Shown piece after piece: positions 6,630 to 16,800 of a stretch of DNA of 35,336 nt (its first letter is position 1; every line of letters starts with the position of its first letter). The translations under genes and the position numbers were made by a program. The DNA lies in NCBI GenBank assembly GCA_937868795.1, contig CALMNM010000136.1:1-35336 (forward strand), written 5' to 3'. The notes beneath the pieces were generated by a model, which was not told the DNA's origin, did no database searches, and saw nothing but the letters and a program-made list of their open reading frames with translations. This DNA is from an uncultured Acholeplasma sp. Its GTDB lineage: Bacteria; Bacillota_I; Bacilli_A; Acholeplasmatales; Acholeplasmataceae.

Positions 6630-7010
6630 ATGGCTTGGGTAACAAGTAAGGAGGTAAAGGGGCTTGTCAGCACGTCGATGAGTAATTCGACAGTGCAGAT
6701 TATCCTCGACCTCGCCCAAGAAGAGATTGAGGAGATGGCAGGTACTTCGACGTATTCTGCCACCCTCAAAATGGCAGTTCTCAACAAAGCGTGTGCCAAC
6801 ATGATTCGTCAGATGAAAACAAGCGGAGAGTTGGCATATACTAACAAGCTCGGGGTTACGCATCAAATCAACGAAGTTGACGACATGATTAAGCACTACG
6901 ACGAGCAGGCTGCAGCATATGTCGCCAAATACAAGTTAGCAACAATAGCAGCGACTCCGCAGGTGTCGTATATTATTGCTCCTTGTGATTTCTACAGTGC
7001 GGAGGAGTGA
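6630..7010 (+). CDS. Putative head-tail connector/adaptor protein (126 aa)
   Basis: Size and position right after the capsid gene, with an SD (AAGGAGGG); no motif-level proof. Confidence 0.4.
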   Translation: MAWVTSKEVKGLVSTSMSNSTVQIILDLAQEEIEEMAGTSTYSATLKMAVLNKACANMIRQMKTSGELAYTNKLGVTHQINEVDDMIKHYDEQAAAYVAKYKLATIAATPQVSYIIAPCDFYSAEE

Positions 7011-7375
7011 TGATGAGTGACACTCCTCTCCGTAACCCCATGCAAAATGATGCTTGTTTTGTCACCCACACCGAATTAGACGTTGCTATTGAAAGGTGCA
7101 AGGCCGAATGTGCTCTGCATCGAAAAGATGCTGTAATGCTTATTGAGCGTTCTTGTCAACGTCTTCAACATGATTGCGACGATGAACAGGAAACATTTGC
7201 AGAAAAAATCGATAAGAAAATCGACAGTCTTGCTGCAAAAACCGATGTGAAGTTTGCTTCGATTATAGATGCAAATCAAAAATTCTATCGGGATGTTATC
7301 CTTACTCTCGTCGGTGTGATTGTAACACTCGCTATCGGTTTTGCTTCAATCGTTATTGCAGGTGTTTTCCAATGA
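7010..7375 (+). CDS. Membrane-anchored protein (121 aa): N-terminal coiled-coil-like soluble domain and one C-terminal TM helix (VILTLVGVIVTLAIGFASIVIAGVF)
   Basis: ATG 7010 overlaps the upstream stop (TGATG); the track start at 7007 is a GTG. The hydrophobic C-terminus is read directly. A membrane protein is unusual in the connector region; it is a holin- or spanin-like or exclusion candidate. Confidence 0.45.
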   Translation: MMSDTPLRNPMQNDACFVTHTELDVAIERCKAECALHRKDAVMLIERSCQRLQHDCDDEQETFAEKIDKKIDSLAAKTDVKFASIIDANQKFYRDVILTLVGVIVTLAIGFASIVIAGVFQ

Positions 7376-7734
7376 ATCTTGATAAAAAGATCGCAATGAT
7401 GCTAAACAAGCTTGGTAAAAATTACACGTTTTATATACGTGGTACGCCAACCGTTGAAGATGCTTTTTACAAAGATGAAACACCTACATTCACTACTATC
7501 ACCGTTAAGGCTGTAGTTTTTCCTGCTCGGGCCTACGATGTTCATTCGCATAACCTTCACCTCGAAAGACTGACAGGAATCGAATCTGTTGGTATCATTG
7601 ATGTGTTTGTTAACCAGACTGATTGTCTCATTGATGTTGATGATTTCATTGTCATTGAATCAAAAGAGTATAAAATCAAGTCCAAGGAAATCTTTGGGGA
7701 TGCATATTACATTTTCGAAGCGCATTTGGAGTAA
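7372..7734 (+). CDS. Putative head-closure / head-tail joining protein (120 aa)
   Basis: ATGA-coupled to the upstream gene; the assignment rests on position and size only. Confidence 0.35.
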   Translation: MNLDKKIAMMLNKLGKNYTFYIRGTPTVEDAFYKDETPTFTTITVKAVVFPARAYDVHSHNLHLERLTGIESVGIIDVFVNQTDCLIDVDDFIVIESKEYKIKSKEIFGDAYYIFEAHLE

Positions 7735-7736
7735 TC

Positions 7737-8282
7737 ATGGCTGCACGAGTTAGGGTCAGGGTAAAGACGTCGGAAAGACTCCGAGTTATACTTAACCCTG
7801 AAAATTTCTTGGAGCAGACAGGGCTTGCTAATGCTGCTATGGAAATGTTTGAACAATTTCACAAAGAAACGGTTAACAGTTCACCATATGATAAAGGAAA
7901 ATACCGTCGTTCGTGGCAGACCAAATCGTATTCAGATGGAAAACGCCTGATTATGAAAATGTGGAATGATACGAAATACGCAAAATTCCTTGTTTATGGA
8001 ACAGATATTGGTTTCAGTCGGTTCATTCCAACTGCGATGGGAAGGACAGGCCGCTCGTATGTAATTCCTGATCCGATGCGTGGTATTATCCACGATGTAC
8101 GACGTCTGCTCTGGTACAAAAAGCAGGATTTTCTCGAGGAATTCCAGAAAGTTCGGCTTATGTATCGCGCTAATGGACGTACAGTTAAAGTGAAGAATGT
8201 GAAAACGATTGCGACGTCATCCATCTTTGTTGATGGAAACAGGCAACCGACAGTTGACAGGTATAGTGCGGGGTTGAAATGA
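7737..8282 (+). CDS. Putative neck / tail-component protein, HK97 gp10-like (181 aa)
   Basis: Contains KYAKFLVYGT, resembling the YA.FvE.GT motif of HK97 gp10-family proteins; gene order is consistent. From memory. Confidence 0.4.
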   Translation: MAARVRVRVKTSERLRVILNPENFLEQTGLANAAMEMFEQFHKETVNSSPYDKGKYRRSWQTKSYSDGKRLIMKMWNDTKYAKFLVYGTDIGFSRFIPTAMGRTGRSYVIPDPMRGIIHDVRRLLWYKKQDFLEEFQKVRLMYRANGRTVKVKNVKTIATSSIFVDGNRQPTVDRYSAGLK

Positions 8283-8677
8283 AGGAAGGTTACGAAGATA
8301 TTAAACGTGCCATTGGTGCGTTTATCGAAGCACAGGTAACTTCTACATCAGGGAAAGTATCCGCCACGTTCCCTGAAGATTTCAGAGAAGTGCCGTGTGT
8401 AGTAATCGACGTAGTTAGTTCTCGATCAAAACCGCTCGGTGAAGGAGGTTTGCAGACAGGTCTTGCCCGCATAACCATCGTCGATTCAAAAACAAGAACC
8501 CTTGATCAGTTGTTTGATGACATTTACATCGCGTTCGTCAAAAGTGGTTACACAATAACCGATTTTGAATATCGTGGTGTATTTGCAGTATCGCCAATGA
8601 TGAAGGCGTTTCTTGAAAAGGACGAAGCTTTGAAGAGAGAAATGGACATTGAAATTGCTTGGATCATTAAGAGGTGA
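8279..8677 (+). CDS. Putative tail completion / tail terminator protein (132 aa)
   Basis: ATGA-coupled; it sits immediately upstream of the major tail protein gene. Confidence 0.35.
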   Translation: MKEGYEDIKRAIGAFIEAQVTSTSGKVSATFPEDFREVPCVVIDVVSSRSKPLGEGGLQTGLARITIVDSKTRTLDQLFDDIYIAFVKSGYTITDFEYRGVFAVSPMMKAFLEKDEALKREMDIEIAWIIKR

Positions 8678-8680
8678 GAA

Positions 8681-9706
8681 ATGGCAGTTGTAGCACATGG
8701 ACGATATCTCGGGGCCGTGGAATATATCACGGAAACCACTTATGGGACTACCCCGACTGGCCCTGCTATGCAATGGGTCGGATATGTGCAGTCGTTCAGG
8801 AACACTGGTAAGGTGCTCTCCGAGGATATTAAGTATCTGAAGGATAATTCCTACACCACTGGTCGGCCCGACTCGCATAAAAACGTACAGACAGGAGAAG
8901 ATGTCAGCTTTGAAATCGAGTATATCCCGCAGGTTGGGCGATTCTGGCAGGCAGGAGCAACCGCGAATCCGACGCTGTTCACGGGTGCATTCACAACCGA
9001 TACAACCCCTGACTATACACCGACAGATACTCTGCCGTCGTTTTCGGTGGTTGCTATCGATAAGAACACCGATACAGGAAAGGAGTTCAACGTCTATACG
9101 GGATGTCTCGTTCAGGATATGACCCTTTCGGTAGAGGTAGGGACGGCAATGCGCTGCAGGGCAACTTGTCTCGGCAATGCGCTTACCCCGACCACAACGG
9201 ACTTCATTGGTGCTGGTTCCCACGCATCTGAAGATTCTGCTGCAGGTCTCGGTGCAAGTCACGTCAGCGACGTGCAGATGCGGGCTACTGGTGGATCTTT
9301 TGGGTCGATTGCCGATTACGTCAATGGCCTTGAAGTCAAGATTTCCAACAAGATCAATCTCGCCAAAGACCTGAACTCTACAGCATCTTCCAAGGTTGCT
9401 GCGGCTGTTCTGACGTCGAGAGAGATTACCGTCTCGCTGGACGTTGCGTGGCTCGATCTGGCCCTTGTTGAAGCCAATCACAGGCGTTTCAGTCTCGATG
9501 ACCTGCAGGCATTTACGTCGTATGACATTGCCTGTAAGATCGAAAATGGAACTACCGATTATTACCTGCGGCTCGTAGGTGCTCGGTTCCCTGAAATCCC
9601 GTTCGAATACTCCCTCGAGGATCTCTGCGGCGACAAGATTACCTCGCTGCCGCTCGAAGGATCGTCATCTCTGCCCGCTATTTCGGGTATCGCATCGCTC
9701 GCATAA
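8681..9706 (+). CDS. Putative major tail (tube) protein (341 aa)
   Basis: Strong SD (GAGGTGAG). It occupies the canonical position upstream of the chaperone pair and tape measure and is rich in Thr/Gly beta-type sequence. There is no sheath gene, so the tail is siphovirus-type. Confidence 0.5.
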   Translation: MAVVAHGRYLGAVEYITETTYGTTPTGPAMQWVGYVQSFRNTGKVLSEDIKYLKDNSYTTGRPDSHKNVQTGEDVSFEIEYIPQVGRFWQAGATANPTLFTGAFTTDTTPDYTPTDTLPSFSVVAIDKNTDTGKEFNVYTGCLVQDMTLSVEVGTAMRCRATCLGNALTPTTTDFIGAGSHASEDSAAGLGASHVSDVQMRATGGSFGSIADYVNGLEVKISNKINLAKDLNSTASSKVAAAVLTSREITVSLDVAWLDLALVEANHRRFSLDDLQAFTSYDIACKIENGTTDYYLRLVGARFPEIPFEYSLEDLCGDKITSLPLEGSSSLPAISGIASLA

Positions 9707-9724
9707 GGATAAGGTTGAATTTGT

Positions 9725-10201
9725 ATGCCTTCCGTTACGATAAAAGGTAAGGAATATGAACTCGTCGATGAACCGTCACACGGCATCGTACGAAGTGTGA
9801 GAAATACACAGAAGTCGATTTCGGTCGGCTTCCTTCTCACTTTTAAGGATGAGATGGAGAACATCAAGAATAAGTCCGTCGATGAAGCGATGACTTATCT
9901 TGGAGACAAGTATCCACATCAGATGTTGGAATACCAAAATCAGATGGAGGAATTTCTCGAAGTTGCTTCTATTTCGCTTGCTACAAATGCAAAATGGAAA
10001 GAAAGCGATTTCTATGATATTTCCGAGAAGGAATTTAAAGTGATTCTCGGGACTTGTCAAAATCACATAAAAGGAAGTGCGACCGATTTTTTCGGAGTCT
10101 CGACGCCGAGTTCATCCCCCCAAAGCGTCGTAAACGAGGCATCCCAACCGAAAGCGACGATGAACGAGAACCACGAAGAGAACTCGTCAGAGAGTACATA
10201 G
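9725..10201 (+). CDS. Tail assembly chaperone, short form (gpG-like, 158 aa)
   Basis: Acidic small protein immediately upstream of the tape measure gene, overlapped by a -1-frame ORF in the classical G/GT arrangement. Confidence 0.6.
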   Translation: MPSVTIKGKEYELVDEPSHGIVRSVRNTQKSISVGFLLTFKDEMENIKNKSVDEAMTYLGDKYPHQMLEYQNQMEEFLEVASISLATNAKWKESDFYDISEKEFKVILGTCQNHIKGSATDFFGVSTPSSSPQSVVNEASQPKATMNENHEENSSEST

Positions 10202-10446
10202 ACAATTCTGCTCTTCGTAAAATCGAAAAGTGGAAACGTGCTCTTCGTGGGGAGTATGCCGATGAGGTGGTCATTGATTATCTCGTCATGAAAGAAATGG
10301 GGTGGTCATGGCAACAACTTGAATCCACCCCCGAGAGAATTTTTTTGTCCATTAGTCGGATAATATCTCTTCAAGCTAAAGAAACTAACAAACGTCGCAA
10401 AGACGCTGAACAGGCCAGAAAAGATCAGAAATTTGGTAGGAGGTAA
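9725..10446 (+). CDS. Tail assembly chaperone, frameshift-extended form (gpGT-like): join(9725..10093, 10093..10446) via -1 slip
   Basis: Hand-verified: frame 2 reads ...GAU UUU UUC GGA (D F F G); a -1 slip on U_UUU_UUC reads UUU UUU CGG AGU... (F F R S L D A E F...), matching the downstream ORF (...DRFFRSLDAEFIPPKRRKRG...). The extension ends 5 nt before the tape measure ATG. Confidence 0.55.
10087..10093 (+). other. Programmed -1 ribosomal frameshift slippery heptamer U_UUU_UUC
   Basis: X_XXY_YYZ in the correct phase relative to the 9725 frame; read directly. Confidence 0.6.
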
Positions 10447-10451
10447 ATAAC

Positions 10452-13400
10452 ATGGTAGCAGGCGAGGGTGATGTTGTATTTGTGGTCACGGTGGAGAATG
10501 CCACTGCCGCTGGCCTTACGGCTGTCCGTTCTGATATAGCTCGGGCTGCAGGACAGGTTCAATCCGATGTAACATCAAAATTTGGATCTGTAGGAAACAT
10601 GGTAAAGAACGTCGAAGAAGGTTTCCGCAGACTCGGTAATACCCTCGTCGGGGCTGGCGGTGCTGCTATGGGTACTTTTACCCTACCTCTTATTCTTGGG
10701 ATGAGAAGTCTTGTCGCTGAAGGACAAGAGTTTGAAACCGAATTATACCGTGTTCTTTCTATTTTCGACGACGGAAAAAAACCAATTCAAGAGTTGCGGG
10801 GTGAACTTCAACAGTTCGCTCAAGCTCTTGCCATAACTACCCAATATTCATCGACAGAGGTTCTTCAGTCGATGTATCGTATGGGTCAGGCTGGGTATGG
10901 ACTTGCGGATATTTATAAGATGCTTCCATCGATTCTCGAGCTTGCTACGGCACAGCAGTACGATCTTGAACAAACGTTCAATATTGTGAACGCTGCGATG
11001 AAATCATATCAGTTCGAAGCGGCTGATACAGAGAAAGTGGTTAATCAACTCGCTGGCGCAGCGACGATGTATAACCTGACGATGGAAGATTATGGAAAAG
11101 GTCTCAAATACATTATGGGCCTTTCCAAGACGCTCAATCAGGATTTCTCTGAAATGCTGATGCTCTTTGGTCTGCTTACCGACAGAGGAAAGACAGGTAT
11201 GCAGGCGGGGCGTGTCATTCGTGACTCAATTGCTGATATTATCGCTCCGACGAAGCAGAATACCGAAATTCTGGCGAAACACAATCTCGAACTTTACACT
11301 AATCAGGAACAGATAAACGGTGCTGCTCATGCGTATCAGGCAGCAAAGACCAAATTGGAGGCAATGGAGCAGGGCTACCGTTCAAGCAATGATGAACTTA
11401 TTTCAGTAAACGCTGCCATTTTAACCTATAAAGAACGTCTCGAACAGGCAAAGAGAGCAGGAAACGCACAGGATGTTGCATATCTTACTCGGGCCGTAAA
11501 TGATCTTACCGATGCATACCAGTGGATGGGTCTCGGAAGAAAGGCCGATGCCAGTGCTATCGCCAAGCAGCGGGCTGAAATGACCGAACTGCAGGGTGTT
11601 TATGATGAGACTTCTATTGAGGGAATGGTAAAATTCACCGATATTATTAAACAGATTGCTGATTCAGAGATGACCGCTGGAGAAATTGCGAAAGTATTCG
11701 GTAAACAGTCAGCTGATTCCATCCTCATGCTGGTGGATGCCTATCGGAGCAACCCGAATATTTTCGAGGAACAATCGGCAGCAATTCGTGATTCGACGGA
11801 AGCCACCAAGCAGGCTCAAATTCAAACTCAATCTACAGCGTTCCAGATTAAACAACTGCAGGAAGCACTTCGTCAGGTGAAACAGGCTGGATATGAAGCT
11901 CTGGCTCCTGTAATTGCTACTCTAAATAAATTTTTCCAAGATAATATTGATACAATAAAATTATTGGTATCGGAGTTTATTGAAGGTTTTGTTCCAGCTT
12001 TTCAGAGAGGAATATCCATTATTGAAGGACTTCTCGGTTTCTTTGACAATATGGATAAGGGAACCAGAAAAATGCTCTTTGGTATTATTGCTGGTGGGAT
12101 TACCTTTATGGCGGCTCTCGGGCCAGTTCTGCTTTATGGTGGTTCTCTCGCGTGGGCTACGGCATCTCTTATAAAACTTGGAGAAGGAGCATGGGGTACA
12201 GCTGTATTAATTGGTAATTTTTTAAAAATAATTAGTAGTGCTATTGCAGCACAGAATCTTTATACAACAAGTATTTTTGGAACTACAGCAATGTATGAAG
12301 CGCTTGCTGCTGAATCGATTGTTGTTAATCCATCAATTGTGGCTACTGGAAGTGCATTTGGAATAGTTGGAACAGAAGCTGGAGCTGCAACAGGTATTGT
12401 TGCTACCTTTGGTGCAACTCTTCTTACTATTGCTCCTTATCTTGCTCTGGTTGGGGTTGCTGCTTATTTGCTTTATTGGGCATGGAAACATGATTGGTAT
12501 AATATGCAAGATAATGTAAGCGAAGCGGCAACATCAATTAATGATGATATAAATAATGTAATACGACCTGCCATTGACCATTTAAAGAGAGATATTGGTC
12601 AGATAGGTCAGGGATCACAATCTCTTTTATCAGGTATTTTTGATGCTGATGAATTTGAAATTACTTATGGTGTTGGAAAACTTATTGGTGCACTTGGACG
12701 AGCCTTTTTCGACGCATATGAGATTTTTTATGGTATTGGTGATGCAATAACAGGTGCAATATGGGCAGGTTTGACGGGTGGTGATGCAAAGAAAGCATTT
12801 ACCGATACCATGAATCAATATATGGAATTTGATAAAATGGGTAATCGATTTACTGCTGGGTGGCTTGAAGGATGGTCTCGGGGAGACCTTACATATAATA
12901 AAAATAAAAATATTGAAGTTACTGATGAAGGAATGGAAAGGAGATATGATCAACAAATTGCATATAATAATGAATTAATAAAAGAAAGAAAATACAAAGA
13001 AGGAATAGAAAATCTTCAAGAAGGTTATTATAAAGTTCTTTGGCAAACTGGCGATAAAATTGGAGAAATTAAAGATGATGTAAAACAAACAGCAATAGGA
13101 TATGGTGATATTAATGATGGTATTGATTCATTGCAATGGAAAATAATTAACATTCCAAAAGATAAAACACCATTGGGAACTTCCAAAGAAAATAAAGAAA
13201 AAGGAACTGCTGCTGGGACAGCACAAATAGAAGGATATGAAGATGCTATTAATAAATTAAAAGAAAAAGGTATTATTAACGATGAAACAGCAGCAGTAAT
13301 GCTTGATAATGCAGAAACACTGGGAATGGATATTGGAGATATTCTTGGAGATGAAACTGCACTCTCTTATCTTGAAAAACTTAATGATCCCGATTTCCAG

Positions 13401-13886
13401 CAACAAATTGCCAATGCTTTAAGTGGTAGTGTTCCAATCGATGTTCCTGCACTTTCCGCTCTCCCTCCGATGACAGGAAAGGGTGCTATTGGAGAAAGCA
13501 GGACGCAGATTGGAGATTACTGGTATGGTCTCGATCAGGTCAACACTGCAGCAGCAGGGGCCAAGAGTTACGATGGAGAATATCCAAGTCTCTCCGAGTT
13601 AATGAAGGGAATGACACCCATTGGCATTACCCCGTCAGCCATTAAAGAAGAGACGGTTGGTAGTGTTCTTCCTGCAACTCCTTCAAATGTTGTCGGTGAT
13701 GCAACGGCATCAGCACCTGCACTCGCAGCGACTACAATTCAGAATCAGTATAATTATAACATTCATGTGGCAGTCAATCCGAAGGAAATTATGACCAAAG
13801 AAGGGGTAGCGGCCTGTGGTGAGGAAATTGCACAGGTTGTAAGAGACAAACTTGGAGCAGATTACCGTGCAAACGAGGCGACTTAA
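10452..13886 (+). CDS. Tail tape measure protein (1144 aa)
   Basis: Strong SD (GGTAGGAGGT). The very long protein has an Ala/Gln-rich helical N-terminal half, a central hydrophobic Gly/Ala-rich segment and repeated Gly motifs, and sits directly after the chaperones. The central third is markedly more AT-rich than the first third. Confidence 0.8.
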   Translation: MVAGEGDVVFVVTVENATAAGLTAVRSDIARAAGQVQSDVTSKFGSVGNMVKNVEEGFRRLGNTLVGAGGAAMGTFTLPLILGMRSLVAEGQEFETELYRVLSIFDDGKKPIQELRGELQQFAQALAITTQYSSTEVLQSMYRMGQAGYGLADIYKMLPSILELATAQQYDLEQTFNIVNAAMKSYQFEAADTEKVVNQLAGAATMYNLTMEDYGKGLKYIMGLSKTLNQDFSEMLMLFGLLTDRGKTGMQAGRVIRDSIADIIAPTKQNTEILAKHNLELYTNQEQINGAAHAYQAAKTKLEAMEQGYRSSNDELISVNAAILTYKERLEQAKRAGNAQDVAYLTRAVNDLTDAYQWMGLGRKADASAIAKQRAEMTELQGVYDETSIEGMVKFTDIIKQIADSEMTAGEIAKVFGKQSADSILMLVDAYRSNPNIFEEQSAAIRDSTEATKQAQIQTQSTAFQIKQLQEALRQVKQAGYEALAPVIATLNKFFQDNIDTIKLLVSEFIEGFVPAFQRGISIIEGLLGFFDNMDKGTRKMLFGIIAGGITFMAALGPVLLYGGSLAWATASLIKLGEGAWGTAVLIGNFLKIISSAIAAQNLYTTSIFGTTAMYEALAAESIVVNPSIVATGSAFGIVGTEAGAATGIVATFGATLLTIAPYLALVGVAAYLLYWAWKHDWYNMQDNVSEAATSINDDINNVIRPAIDHLKRDIGQIGQGSQSLLSGIFDADEFEITYGVGKLIGALGRAFFDAYEIFYGIGDAITGAIWAGLTGGDAKKAFTDTMNQYMEFDKMGNRFTAGWLEGWSRGDLTYNKNKNIEVTDEGMERRYDQQIAYNNELIKERKYKEGIENLQEGYYKVLWQTGDKIGEIKDDVKQTAIGYGDINDGIDSLQWKIINIPKDKTPLGTSKENKEKGTAAGTAQIEGYEDAINKLKEKGIINDETAAVMLDNAETLGMDIGDILGDETALSYLEKLNDPDFQQQIANALSGSVPIDVPALSALPPMTGKGAIGESRTQIGDYWYGLDQVNTAAAGAKSYDGEYPSLSELMKGMTPIGITPSAIKEETVGSVLPATPSNVVGDATASAPALAATTIQNQYNYNIHVAVNPKEIMTKEGVAACGEEIAQVVRDKLGADYRANEAT

Positions 13887-16800
13887 ATGACAATGATGAA
13901 GGACTCTTTTGGAACAGAATATTTTATTACTGATTTTAATTTAAAATATGACCTTGAAAAACCCGCTTTTTTGAAAACTGCGACTATCGTACCTTCAGGT
14001 GATATCGAAGATACTTATGGTCTTTTTTCAGCCTGCGGTACATCAATGTATCAGGCATATAATATGTGTGAATTCAATGGAGACCTTTACGTTGCAATGG
14101 GTTCTGGTGGTTCTGGTGTAGCGGGCCAGATCATGCGATTCAAAGATGAGCAATATTGGGATGTTGCTTACGATGGTGAAGGTCTCCGTGAAGTTCCTCA
14201 ATGCATGATCATTTCATATTCTGGTGCTGCACTTTATATTGGTTGTAGAGATACCGCAAAGATTCTTTATTCAACAACAGGAACATCATATTCGCAAATT
14301 GGTTCACTTTCAGGTGGTTCAAAAGTAAATCATCTTCTTGGATATTCTTACGGCGGATCAAATTACGTTATTGCCGTCGTAGGTAAAAAATTGTGGAGAG
14401 CGGTTGAAGGAAGTTCGACATGGACAGATATTACTCCAGCGAATATTTATAACGGTGATATTTACCATATTGCTTATTTTAACAGTAAAATATGGATTGT
14501 AACGTCGAGAGGAAACAGTGCCTATCATTCAAGTGATAATGGTGCTAATTTTACAGAACTTTACCTCGGAATTGCATTCAATACTTCTCCAAGATTTATG
14601 TATGCATTTGGTTCTTATCTTTATGTTTTTGGAGAAAGTGGTCGTATTGGTCGTATTAATACTTCCAGTACTGTTGCAATGGTTTATACTCTTACAACGT
14701 GGGGATCGTCTGGATGCGACGGAATTTGTGCTACCACATTTGAAAGTAAACCACTCATTGGTCTGAAAAATGGAAAAATCATTTATTCAACTGATGGAAC
14801 GGGAAACTCTGGTACATGGGCCGTATTTTTCGATTTGGCTGGATATGGAGCAGGAAACCCTCTCTGTATGGGAGTTTATACCGATCTTTTTGTTGGTACT
14901 GATAAATATCAAATTGAAAAATGTACTGCAGGCGGGCATTCGTGGTCACAGGCCGTTGCAACTACAAAACAATATACCAACTGTTGTATTCTTGCTGCTA
15001 CCTCATATTGGGGGTGTGGTGACGATGGGTCAAATACTGGTGGAATTTTTCGGACATTTATGCCCAGTTTGACAATGTATCAATATTATGGAGTTCCTGA
15101 ATATTATATCATGGATGTGTGTGTTTATGGAAGCTATATTTATGCTTGTACGGGGGGTAGCGGTTTTGTTTTGCGTTCTTCCGACGGTACAAGTTGGGAT
15201 GTAGTTTACGATTCTGCTGCAGCGACTCTTTATGCTCTTGGTTTGTCGTCGGATGGATATCTCTATGCTGGTGGAAGTTCATCGGGTTATTGTTTCCGCA
15301 CCAATAATGGAACTACATGGTCAGTGGTTTCTGGTCTTTCAACGACGATTTATTGCATGACCAAAAATACAGGAACATTACTTTATGTTGGATGTTCTGA
15401 TGGTACTATCAGATATTATAATAGTGGTTGGTACACGGCGGTAAGTGGTATTGGGGCTGCTGTGCGTTCAATTAATACAGGTAGTGCAACGACAAGTTCG
15501 TGCTCTTACGTTGCTGGAACAGCAAATGGTCGATTCTATTATTATACAGGAACATGGTCGTATAATACTGTTGGATCTTCCTCGAGAACTATTTGGGGAA
15601 TTGAATTTTATAATAATAAATGGTATGTCGCACTTGATAACGGTCAGATTTATCATTCAACAAACAAAGACCCGACTTTTTCATGGGTCAATGAATTTAC
15701 AATTACTGATACACAGGCAAAATGTTTGCATAATTATGGAATTGATCTTTTTATTGGTGGATACTCGACGGATTCAAAGGCCAATATTTTTAAATATGTT
15801 TATTCCAAGATTACCAGAAATGTAACACCAACTGATGGAGATTGGTACAGTGTAGAAAGTCTTTGTATTTTTGGAAATTATATTTATGCTGCTGGCTGTC
15901 TTGATGGCCCAAGTACAACGACGTATGCAGTTATTTATCGATCTGTTGATGGTATCAAATGGGAAAAAGTCTGGTCGAATGAAAGTTATGATTCGTCGGC
16001 CCGTGCTCTTTGTGTTGTTGGTTCTTATTTGTATATGTCTGAATCGGGAAGTGGAGCCAAAATTTATCGATCTTTTACAGGAAAAGATTGGACACTTGCT
16101 GCTACGCTTCCTGAAACTCGCGTATATCAGATGACTTACTGGAACAGTTATATATATGCTGCGACGCAGGGAACATACGGAAGGGTTTATCGGTCTTCTG
16201 ATGGAACTTCGTGGTCGTTAGTATATTCGACAGGTGATTCATCAAAAGCATATTGTTATACTGTTTTTGGTTCTACTGTCGAGGGAAAAATATATGCAGG
16301 TGGGGGAGGAACAATATCCAGCAAGCGGTTCCTTGTTTATTCAACAAACGGAACCACATGGTACGATGGGAGTAGCGGTCTTACTTCAACGATAATTGCA
16401 GTTAAATGTATTTATGGTTTTAATGGATATGTTTTTGCTGGTGTTTTAACAACATCAACATATACTTTATGGAGATCGTCAACAGGTACAAGTAGTTGGT
16501 CGAATGTGACAGCAGTATATGGTTTTACTGCTACATCAGACATTAATCAAAATGCAATATGGGCTGACGATATAACTTTATATGTTATTGCTGGATATGT
16601 TAATGTATTTAAATCTACAGATGGAGTAAATTTTACATTAATTCATAGTCTGGCTACAAATGTAAGTCGTGTTTATGCTGTTATGCAATTTTTTGATAAT
16701 GTTATAACAGCAGGATATAAAATTTTTGCTCAACCACAGTCTCGTATGGGTCGTTTATTCCAAATGCTTCGTAATTCGGATTATTTCCAATTTTATTCAT

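Noticed and set aside
5778-6896. 372-aa minus-strand ORF antisense to the capsid gene
   Set aside because: It lies entirely within the well-supported plus-strand capsid gene (SD, encapsulin-like motifs). Its translation is Arg/Leu/Ser-rich junk typical of antisense frames in GC-rich coding DNA.
8486-9481. 331-aa minus-strand ORF antisense to the major tail protein gene
   Set aside because: Same reasoning: it is embedded in a tightly coupled plus-strand operon, shows Cys/Arg-rich low-complexity translation, and has no SD.
12630-12956. 108-aa minus-strand ORF inside the AT-rich part of the tape measure gene
   Set aside because: An antisense frame in AT-rich DNA with a low-complexity Ile/Phe/Lys translation, wholly inside the tape measure gene.
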